Made by a program: the position numbers and the translations under genes. Of a stretch of DNA of 64,000 nucleotides, positions 29,091 through 36,766 are shown one piece after another. The notes under the pieces were generated by a model. The model made no database searches. It was given only the letters and a program-made list of their open reading frames with translations, and had not been told where the DNA came from. Every line of letters starts with the position of its first letter. Within the stretch, counting starts at the first letter, position 1. Source of the DNA: Nitrospirota bacterium (GTDB taxonomy: Bacteria; Nitrospirota; Nitrospiria; 2-01-FULL-66-17); assembly GCA_049325335.1 (NCBI GenBank), contig JBMOMC010000006.1, forward strand, positions 35,673 through 99,672, given 5' to 3'.

Positions 29091-29579
29091 GTTGTCGAGA
29101 ACAGACCCCGCTTACCAGAGTCCCACTTGCGCGCTACATCTGAGCAGCTCGCGTAGATCGTCGAGCAAGGACACGCCAGCATAGACTCTAGCCGAGCTGA
29201 CAGTCAAGAAATCGCCGAAGAACAGCGTTACGAGGGCTCTCCCCCGGTGTATGCTGCTTCCGGATTAGAACGCTCATGCGGAAATCCCGAAGTTCCCATC
29301 GACGCTCATGGGCTCCAGCGCGTGTCCGTCGGGCGCGCGTCACGCCAAATCCGGATTCACGCTGGCCGGTTTCCTGCGTTCGAGCCCGCGTCTCTCCCGG
29401 TATGATCACTGCGAGCGCCTAGCGCCTTCCGCGCTTCGGGCCTTTCGAGAAGCGGTCAGAGGCGGCCTTTTCGCCGCACGGCGTGTCCGGCACTGTCCTC
29501 ATCACGGCCGGAAGGCGTGAATTCTGGCCGCTCCGGGAGGCATGGTTCTGGCAGTTTCTCTCTGCGACCTGTTTGCGTC

Positions 29580-30086
29580 ATGGATGACGTGCCAACGCCG
29601 GGTGAGAAATACAAGGCCCTGAAGGAACGGCTCTGGAACCAACCGCGTCCTCGCCAGATTCTGGAGCGACTCGAGCAGCACCGCGCCAGCCCCCCGATGT
29701 TGGAAACCGTGGCGCAGACCTTTGTGAATGGGCGGCACGGGGAGGCGGAGATCAGATCGGCCATCTACAGCGAGCTGCTCCGCAATCGCGACCGGACCGC
29801 GGTTCTCAAACGAATCGGCGATCTCCGCCACTGCCTTATGAAGATTCAACAGGATCTGTCCCACGTCGCGCGCGAGTTGCATCAACTCAAGGTCTGGGAG
29901 GGACACCGCGTCTTGGGATACGAGTCCTGGGGCGACTGTCTCGAGAAGGAGTTGGAGTTGTCCGATCAGGTGGCGAGGATGCTGTTCTTGGCGGAGGAGC
30001 AGGGGGAGCGGGCCACGTTCGACGCGTTCGTGCGGACGCTCATCAAAGGCTACGCGGCGACCCGGCCGGCCGTGGCGGTGAAATGA
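29580..30086 (+). CDS. Hypothetical protein, 168 aa
   Basis: ORF with an ATG at 29580 (MDDVPTPGEKYKALKERL). Its stop overlaps the next start (ATGA at 30083-86), suggesting an operon. No domain was recognised. Confidence 0.4.
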   Translation: MDDVPTPGEKYKALKERLWNQPRPRQILERLEQHRASPPMLETVAQTFVNGRHGEAEIRSAIYSELLRNRDRTAVLKRIGDLRHCLMKIQQDLSHVARELHQLKVWEGHRVLGYESWGDCLEKELELSDQVARMLFLAEEQGERATFDAFVRTLIKGYAATRPAVAVK

Positions 30087-30523
30087 ACGAGGAACTGCCC
30101 GAGGCTTGGTGCTGGGAACGGTTACGGAGTCTTCGCTGGCCGGCCCGTGTGGTCTGCCCCCACTGTCGCCGACCCGCAGGCCGGCATCATCGAAGGCGGC
30201 ATGCGCTGTACTACCGGTGCGCGCGGTGCCAGCGAGTGTTCTCCGACCTCACCGGTACGCCATTCCAGGGCAGCCCGCTGCCGCTGGCGTGTTGGTTTCG
30301 AGCCATTGCGTGGCAAATGATGAGTGAGTCCGGCAGCGCCGCTGCGCTCGCTGAGGCGGTTGGTGTGGACCACCGAACCGCAAGGAAGATGCAGCATCGG
30401 CTTGCCATGCTTGACCGTGATCCGTTGTTGCGGGCCATCGGAACGAGCGTGCTCTGTCAGAGGCCGGAGTCACATGTGCACATCGGAGTGGGTTTTGACA
30501 CCGTGTCAAAACCCACTCCGTAA
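30083..30523 (+). CDS. IS1595-type transposase N-terminal zinc-ribbon domain protein, with no DDE catalytic domain
   Basis: LRWPARVVCPHCRR...YYRCARCQRVFSDLTGTPFQGSPLPLACWFRAIAW matches the Zn-ribbon/HTH N-terminus of IS1595/ISXO2-like transposases. At only 146 aa it lacks the catalytic part. Confidence 0.6.
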   Translation: MNEELPEAWCWERLRSLRWPARVVCPHCRRPAGRHHRRRHALYYRCARCQRVFSDLTGTPFQGSPLPLACWFRAIAWQMMSESGSAAALAEAVGVDHRTARKMQHRLAMLDRDPLLRAIGTSVLCQRPESHVHIGVGFDTVSKPTP

Positions 30524-30544
30524 TGCTTCGCGCAGGAGAGTGAG

Positions 30545-31936
30545 ATGAGCATCGAGCAACAGAGTGAGCATCGCGAGATGGACCGGCTCATCGAACAATA
30601 CGTCGCGGATCCGCAGAGCCTTTCGTTGGAGGAGCAGCGACGGATCTACGACCACTTTCTCAAACGCGTTGGGGCGGACGATACCGAATGCGAGCAATTG
30701 AAGCTCGCGCTGCAGGCGGTCGATCAGGCATTGGACAGGGCCAGGCAAGGGGATGCGGCCTATCGGGTCACGCCACGGGGGACGTACTGGCGTCGCGACG
30801 CGGAGATGAAACTGGTGCCGATCGACGCCCTGTTTCCTAGCGACGACAATCAGGACCTGTTTCGGGACATGGAGGGTGAGGACTTCGAGCAGCTCAAGGG
30901 CTCCATTCAAGAACTTGGCGTGATCGAGCCGTTGATCGTGGACGAAGATATGCGGCTCATCTGCGGGCACCAGCGACTGCGGGCGGCCAAGGCTGTGGGC
31001 CTGCCATCGGTCCCGGTGGTGATCCGGTCTGTGGGAGAAGCCGAGACCCGGGCCATGATCACGATCGAAGAGAACATCCGCCGGCGCCAACTCCAACCCT
31101 CCGAGATGGCTCGAGCGATCAAGAAATTGACGGAACTCAAGACCCGCGCCGGACAGGTGGCGGAAACCGTTGGGCTGTCCGACCGCCAGGTCCAGCGCTA
31201 TCGCAGTCTCTCGGACCTCATCCCCGAGCTGTCGGTCCTGCTGGACGGCGGCACGCTGACGCAGCACGTGGCGATCCAATTGGCCCAGTTGGATGAGACG
31301 GCTCAGCGCGAGTTGTACCACGCCATGAAGGACCGGATGGCCAGGACCTTGGAGGGGCAAAAGGCGGTCGAGTTCGAAACGATGCACGCCGGGCTTTTGA
31401 AGGAACTGGACGGGCTGTCCGCCGAGGTGAAGAGTATCACGCAGCGCGACGGCGAGCTGACCGCGCATCTGACCGAATTGCAGCAGCGCCTCGATCGGGC
31501 GGAGGGTCAGGTCGGGGGCGAGATCAAGGCGAAGAAGCTCTTGGAGGAAGAGCTGGAAAAAGTCCGTGCCGAGATGTACCGGAAGGTCCAGGAGAAGCAG
31601 GCGCTGATCGACAAGCTGACGAAGAACACGGAACCGACGGTCGTTCCGCCCGCTGATTACCAGGCCCTCAAGGCTGAGAACGTCAAACTCAAGGCTGCGC
31701 TGAAGGAACGCGGCGAGTCCGTCGCGAAAGCAACGCCACAGGCCGGCGCCGTCGTGGCCGAACTGGATGCCCTCATCGGCACCCGGTTATTGGCGATCGA
31801 TCCCGAGGCCCTCACTCGGAATATCTCACCCGCTGTAAAAGATCAGCTCCAATCCCTCCTGCGAAAACTGGAGGCCTGGATCGCAGGCGTCAAGCAGCGC
31901 CTCGGCGCTCCTCGAATCGCCAGCAAGAAGTCGTGA
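30545..31936 (+). CDS. ParB/Sulfiredoxin-domain protein with HTH and a long C-terminal coiled coil
   Basis: ParB N-domain LKGSIQELGVIEPLIVDEDMRLICGHQRLRAAKAVGLPSVPVVI, followed by the HTH VAETVGLSDRQVQRYRSL and about 180 aa of heptad-rich sequence. Confidence 0.8.
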   Translation: MSIEQQSEHREMDRLIEQYVADPQSLSLEEQRRIYDHFLKRVGADDTECEQLKLALQAVDQALDRARQGDAAYRVTPRGTYWRRDAEMKLVPIDALFPSDDNQDLFRDMEGEDFEQLKGSIQELGVIEPLIVDEDMRLICGHQRLRAAKAVGLPSVPVVIRSVGEAETRAMITIEENIRRRQLQPSEMARAIKKLTELKTRAGQVAETVGLSDRQVQRYRSLSDLIPELSVLLDGGTLTQHVAIQLAQLDETAQRELYHAMKDRMARTLEGQKAVEFETMHAGLLKELDGLSAEVKSITQRDGELTAHLTELQQRLDRAEGQVGGEIKAKKLLEEELEKVRAEMYRKVQEKQALIDKLTKNTEPTVVPPADYQALKAENVKLKAALKERGESVAKATPQAGAVVAELDALIGTRLLAIDPEALTRNISPAVKDQLQSLLRKLEAWIAGVKQRLGAPRIASKKS

Positions 31937-31943
31937 GGTCGTC

Positions 31944-32453
31944 GTGTCGCCGCTCGATCCCGACGACGAGCCGACCGACAAGGATTCAGCCCCGCAACTG
32001 TTCTCCGACGAAGAACGCGACCTCCTCGTGAAACGCCTGGCGCTCTGCGGCCTTCCCACGCGGGAAATCGTCCGCATCACGGCTGCGTCCGGCCGAACCG
32101 TGGCCCGTATCATCCAGCGGTGGGGGATCCGGCGGCCCAGACCGGGGTACCGGTCAGTCGCGAGAATGCGACGAGCGCAACGCCTCACCGAGATCCTCAC
32201 CGGTTATTACGCCCTGAACGAGGTCACGCTCGATTCGCTCGATCGCTTGGCCAGAGAGCACGGCCTCTCGGTCAAGGAGCTGTTCGATCTGATCCGCGAG
32301 AACGTGTCGCCATCCCGCTGGGCGATCCGCGCCTGCCTGGCCTGCGGGCAAGTGGCCCTGACGTCGTCGGCGGCTGATCGGTATTGCTTGGCGTGCAAGG
32401 GCACGGTGAAGAAAGCGCGGGGGAAAGTAGACGAGGCGGTTCTTTACGAGTAA
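31944..32453 (+). CDS. Small HTH protein with a C-terminal CxxC...CxxC zinc ribbon
   Basis: GTG start. It has a resolvase-like HTH (TREIVRITAASGRTVARII) and the cysteine motif CLACGQ...CLACKG. Confidence 0.45.
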   Translation: MSPLDPDDEPTDKDSAPQLFSDEERDLLVKRLALCGLPTREIVRITAASGRTVARIIQRWGIRRPRPGYRSVARMRRAQRLTEILTGYYALNEVTLDSLDRLAREHGLSVKELFDLIRENVSPSRWAIRACLACGQVALTSSAADRYCLACKGTVKKARGKVDEAVLYE

Positions 32454-32686
32454 TCGGCGTCGTGGTTTGCATCAACAAATTTCCGGTGCAATTGTCGTCT
32501 TGCATCACTGAGCAGGCACATACTGACGTGTAAATCTTAGGGAAACGCTGCCCAGTTTTTGGGCGATGTGCTCGGGCCACGATCATCAGGGCTCTCCACT
32601 CGTGTTCCCACAAGCTGTCCACACGATTTTTCACAGCATCTGTGGAGGAGATTCTTGCGATCAAAGGGCACGGACGGGTGGTTTCC

Positions 32687-32716
32687 TTGACCCGTGGAGC
32701 CGCGACGGGCTATGCT
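32687..32716 (+). promoter_or_regulatory. Candidate sigma-70 promoter for the SNF2 helicase gene
   Basis: TTGACC (32687-92), an 18-nt spacer, then TATGCT (32711-16). GAGGGG lies 6 nt before the putative TTG start at 32743. Confidence 0.35.
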
Positions 32717-32742
32717 GCGGTGCGGTTTTCGAGGGGCCTGCC

Positions 32743-35631
32743 TTGCCTGAACCCGGTTCCAGCGCCGTCGAGCGCGCATCGTTGTCCATCACGTCCTACC
32801 ACGCCAAGTTTCTCGCCCATGAGCTGACCAAACGCTGTGCCTCCGATACCATCGAGAAACTCGCCGGCGCGTTGGTGGACGCCCAGGTGGACCTCAATCC
32901 GCACCAGGTCGAAGCGGCCCTGTTCGCTTTCCGATCGCCGCTGTCCAAGGGCGCGCTGCTCGCCGACGAAGTCGGGTTGGGGAAGACGATCGAGGCCGGT
33001 CTGGTGCTCTCGCAGAAATGGGCGGAGCGAAAGCGGCGAGTCTTGGTGATCACGCCCTCCAATCTCCGCAAACAGTGGCATCAGGAGTTGACCGAGAAAT
33101 TCTTCCTCCCGTGTCATATTTTGGAAACCAAGTCGTACAAGGAAGCGATCAAACAGGGGCGGCCGCATCCGTTTCACGCCGACGCGATCATTATCTGCTC
33201 CTACCAATTCGCCCGCGGCAAGGCGGCTGACATCAGTTCGATCCCGTGGGACCTGGTTGTCATCGACGAGGCCCACCGACTGCGAAACGTCTACAAGCCG
33301 TCGAACATCATCGCGAATACGCTCAAAGAGGCGCTCAAACACGCTCCCAAGCTGCTGCTGACCGCCACGCCGCTCCAAAATTCCCTGCTGGAATTATTCG
33401 GCCTGGTGAGTTTCGTCGATGAACACGCGTTCGGGGATCTGAAGAGTTTTCGCGAACAATTTGCCTCGGTGAACGATCCCGCGGTCTTCGGCGCCCTCAG
33501 GGCGAGGCTCCGGCCGCTCTGCCATCGGACGTTGCGGCGCCAGGTTCTTCCGTACGTGCGGTATACGAAGCGGCTGCCCATCGTCCAACCCTTTACGCCG
33601 GAGGAGGGCGAGGATCGGCTCTATCATTTGGTCTCCGACTACCTCCGTCGCGACAATCTGCAAGCCCTACCGTCAAGCCAGCGCACGCTCATGACGCTGG
33701 TGTTGCGGAAGCTGCTGGCCTCATCAACGTTCGCGATCGCCGGGGCCCTTGAGACATTAAGCGGACGGCTTCAGGAGCGGTTGAAAGCGCAGGAGCCCGC
33801 GCAGCCCCTGGAAGACGAGTTGGACCAGGATTACGAAGCGCTCGACGAAACGGCCGAGGAGTGGTCCGAGAACGGAGGCCCTGAACCAATGTCAGCCGCC
33901 GATCGTGAAGCGATCGGGCGCGAGATCGCTGACTTGGACCGGTTCCGGGAACTGGCGGTCTCGATCACCCACAACGCCAAGGGCAAAGCCCTGCTCGTGG
34001 CGCTTGAGCGCGCCTTCACCGAGGCTGACCGACTGAGAGCGCCGCGCAAAGCGATCATCTTCACCGAGTCGCGCCGCACGCAGGACTACTTGCTCCGAGT
34101 CCTGGCGGACGGGCCGTATCGCGACAAGATCGTGCTCTTTAACGGCTCCAACACCGACGAAGGGTCTCGTCGCATCTATGCCGAGTGGGTCGAGCGGCAT
34201 ACCGGCACCGACCGCGTGACCGGCTCGCGCACCGCGGACATGCGCTCCGCGTTGGTCGACTATTTCAGAGAGCAAGGCCAGATCATGATTGCGACCGAGG
34301 CGGGGGCGGAGGGCATCAATCTCCAGTTCTGCGCGCTCGTGGTGAACTACGACCTGCCCTGGAACCCCCAGCGCATCGAACAGCGAATCGGCCGCTGCCA
34401 TCGCTACGGCCAACAACACGACGTCGTGGTAGTTAACTTCCTGAATCAGACGAACGAGGCCGATCAACGCGTGTTCAGAATTCTGTCCGAAAAGTTCCGG
34501 CTCTTCGATGGCGTATTCGGCGCGAGCGACGAAGTGCTCGGCGCCATCGAATCGGGCGTGGATTTCGAAAAGCGCATCGCGGACATCTACCAGCGCTGCC
34601 GGAAGCCGGAAGAGATCAACAATGCCTTCGACCAGCTTCAACTCGACCTGAGCACCCAGATCAACGACGCCATCACGAAAACGCGTCAACAACTGCTGGA
34701 GCACTTCGACGACGAAGTGCGGGAAAAACTCCGCGTGAGCGACGAGAGTTCGCGCCAGTACCTGAATTATTTTGAGCGGATGTTGATGCGTCTCACCCGG
34801 TACGAACTCACTGGTCACACTGAGTTCCTCAGCGATTCGGCATTCCGCCTGAACGCCTGTCCGTTCGAAGGCGACATCCCGCTCGGCCTCTATGAACTCC
34901 CGCGTCGGTCGGGTGAAGCCCATTTCTACCGCATGGGCCATCCACTGGCACAACGGATCCTTGACCAAGCCAAGAACCGCCCGCTGGCGCCCGCTCAAGT
35001 GGTCTTCGACCTGAGCCAATACGATGGGAAGGTCAGCGTCTTAGAACCGTTCCTCGGTCAGTCGGGCAGTCTCATGCTCGCTTTGCTCACGGTCGAATCC
35101 CTCGACCAGGCGGAAGATTATCTGCTCGTCGGCGCGGTGACTGATGACGGAAGAACGTTGGATGAGGACGCCGCACGCCGGTTGTTCGCCTTGCCGGGGC
35201 GCGTAGTCAAAGAGCTTGCTGGCGAGGGAGGCGACGCGGGATTGGAGGAGATCCTCCATCGGCGGCAAGAAACCATTCAGCGGACAATCGCGCAGCGCAA
35301 TGCGGCGTTTTTCGAGGTGGAGGCGGAAAAGTTAGACGGCTGGGCCGATGATCTCAAAGTGGGCCTTGAGCGGGAGATCAAGGAAATGGATCGCCAGATC
35401 AAGGACGCCCGGAGGGCTGCGGCCGCATCGCTGACCCTGGAGGAAAAGCTGGCGGGGCAAAAGGACGTCAAGGCTTTGGAAGGCCAGCGCAGCGCCAAGC
35501 GGCGGGCATTGTTCGATGCGCAGGATGCTATTGATCAGAGGCGCGAGCAGTTGATCGCAGAGATCGAGGGAAAGTTGCAACAGCGCGTGACACGGACAGG
35601 ACTCTTTTCCATTCAATGGGTCCTAACGTGA
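32743..35631 (+). CDS. SNF2-family helicase with a C-terminal coiled-coil region
   Basis: Motif I ADEVGLGKT, motif II VIDEAHRLRN, motif VI QRIGRCHRYGQ, and a C-terminal heptad-rich stretch of about 150 aa. The track ORF starts at 32566. I prefer the TTG at 32743, in frame and with an SD, because residues before it are Cys/Gly/His-rich and non-conserved-looking. The start is uncertain. Confidence 0.85.
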   Translation: MPEPGSSAVERASLSITSYHAKFLAHELTKRCASDTIEKLAGALVDAQVDLNPHQVEAALFAFRSPLSKGALLADEVGLGKTIEAGLVLSQKWAERKRRVLVITPSNLRKQWHQELTEKFFLPCHILETKSYKEAIKQGRPHPFHADAIIICSYQFARGKAADISSIPWDLVVIDEAHRLRNVYKPSNIIANTLKEALKHAPKLLLTATPLQNSLLELFGLVSFVDEHAFGDLKSFREQFASVNDPAVFGALRARLRPLCHRTLRRQVLPYVRYTKRLPIVQPFTPEEGEDRLYHLVSDYLRRDNLQALPSSQRTLMTLVLRKLLASSTFAIAGALETLSGRLQERLKAQEPAQPLEDELDQDYEALDETAEEWSENGGPEPMSAADREAIGREIADLDRFRELAVSITHNAKGKALLVALERAFTEADRLRAPRKAIIFTESRRTQDYLLRVLADGPYRDKIVLFNGSNTDEGSRRIYAEWVERHTGTDRVTGSRTADMRSALVDYFREQGQIMIATEAGAEGINLQFCALVVNYDLPWNPQRIEQRIGRCHRYGQQHDVVVVNFLNQTNEADQRVFRILSEKFRLFDGVFGASDEVLGAIESGVDFEKRIADIYQRCRKPEEINNAFDQLQLDLSTQINDAITKTRQQLLEHFDDEVREKLRVSDESSRQYLNYFERMLMRLTRYELTGHTEFLSDSAFRLNACPFEGDIPLGLYELPRRSGEAHFYRMGHPLAQRILDQAKNRPLAPAQVVFDLSQYDGKVSVLEPFLGQSGSLMLALLTVESLDQAEDYLLVGAVTDDGRTLDEDAARRLFALPGRVVKELAGEGGDAGLEEILHRRQETIQRTIAQRNAAFFEVEAEKLDGWADDLKVGLEREIKEMDRQIKDARRAAAASLTLEEKLAGQKDVKALEGQRSAKRRALFDAQDAIDQRREQLIAEIEGKLQQRVTRTGLFSIQWVLT

Positions 35632-35671
35632 TCATGATCTCTAAGTCCTTCAATCAGTCCGATTGATGCGA

Positions 35672-35700
35672 TTGAACGGTGCTATTGAAACCGGTATGCT
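35672..35700 (+). promoter_or_regulatory. Candidate sigma-70 promoter for the AAA-ATPase/subtilase pair
   Basis: TTGAAC (35672-77), a 17-nt spacer, then TATGCT (35695-700), within the 109-nt gap after the SNF2 stop. Confidence 0.45.
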
Positions 35701-35740
35701 AGGCCCGTTTGGGACTCTGTAGAAAGGGTGCTGAGCGGCT

Positions 35741-36751
35741 TTGGCCAAACCGCCCAAGGAGCGCATCAGTCCGCAGATGGCACGATCTGATCTTCTCATA
35801 TCGCTGGTCAAGACAGGGCGGGACAGTTCTAATCCGCGTTTCCGTCGCGCGGTCGAAGCCCTGATCGCAGAGGAGCGCGCTAAGAAGCACAATATGCTTG
35901 CAGACCAACTCGCCGCCGCTTACACTGACCAATCTACGAACGGTCCGCCACGGCCCCTAAGTGCGCCGTCGGGAACCGTAGCCGATTTGGTGTACGAGAT
36001 TGCTTCCGACCGTAGGCTCGACAGCCTCGTCTTGCCTCAGATAGTGGCCCAAGAGTGTCGGAGTCTGATCGAGGAGCATCGGCGTGCCGACCTTCTGCGT
36101 TCCTTTGGTCTTGCGCCGCGCCATCGTGTCCTTCTCGTCGGCCCACCCGGCAATGGAAAAACGTCTCTTGCAGAGTCACTGGCTCACGAGTTGATGGTCC
36201 CATTGCTGGCCATTCGATACGAAGGCCTTATCGGCAGCTACCTGGGCGAGACAGCGGCACGTCTGCGGAAAGTCTTTGATTATGCCCGACAGCGAGCGTG
36301 TTTGCTGTTTTTTGACGAATTCGAGACGCTGGGCAAAGAACGCGGTGATGAACACGAAACTGGAGAGATCAAGCGCGTGGTCAGCACGCTTCTACTGCAA
36401 ATTGATAGCCTTCCTCCGCATGTTGTGGTGGTTACCGCGACAAACCATCGCGAGTTGTTGGACCGTGCGGTCTGGCGTCGCTTTCAACTTCGTCTTGAGC
36501 TGCCTAGTCCGACGAAGAGACAGGTGACGCAATTCCTCGATCGTTTGTTCGCACAATTGGAGTTCGCGCGTACTCTGCCGGTAAGTACTTTCGCGGAGTC
36601 ATTCCGCAGCGCGAGCTATTCCGAAATCGAGGACTTTGTGCGTGATCTTGCTCGTCGCTATGTTCTTGCAATTCCGAATGGCGACGTACGAAAGATCGCA
36701 CGGGATCTGCTCGCCGCGTGGAAAGCTCGAGCGGGTTCCGAATCTCGATAA
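35741..36751 (+). CDS. AAA+ ATPase (classic-clade AAA), IetA-like
   Basis: Walker A GPPGNGKT, Walker B LLFFDEFE, and sensor-1 / Arg-finger region VVVTATNHRELLDRAVWRRF. It is paired with a downstream S8 peptidase as in the Iet (IetA/IetS) defence system. The start is TTG 35741 or ATG 35777. Confidence 0.75.
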   Translation: MAKPPKERISPQMARSDLLISLVKTGRDSSNPRFRRAVEALIAEERAKKHNMLADQLAAAYTDQSTNGPPRPLSAPSGTVADLVYEIASDRRLDSLVLPQIVAQECRSLIEEHRRADLLRSFGLAPRHRVLLVGPPGNGKTSLAESLAHELMVPLLAIRYEGLIGSYLGETAARLRKVFDYARQRACLLFFDEFETLGKERGDEHETGEIKRVVSTLLLQIDSLPPHVVVVTATNHRELLDRAVWRRFQLRLELPSPTKRQVTQFLDRLFAQLEFARTLPVSTFAESFRSASYSEIEDFVRDLARRYVLAIPNGDVRKIARDLLAAWKARAGSESR

Positions 36752-36766
36752 TCCAGGGGCACCCCA

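Noticed and set aside
29368-29400. A possible tRNA gene, based on a T-loop-like GTTCGAGCC sequence.
   Set aside because: No complementary 5' acceptor strand, D-arm or anticodon arm could be built on either strand. It is kept only as a possible att-site remnant in the findings.
29188-29520. Small ORFs in the long non-coding gap: 29188..29409(-) 73 aa and 29308..29520(+) 70 aa.
   Set aside because: They have no SD, Arg/Ser/Pro-rich composition and no motifs, and they overlap each other. They are likely non-coding.
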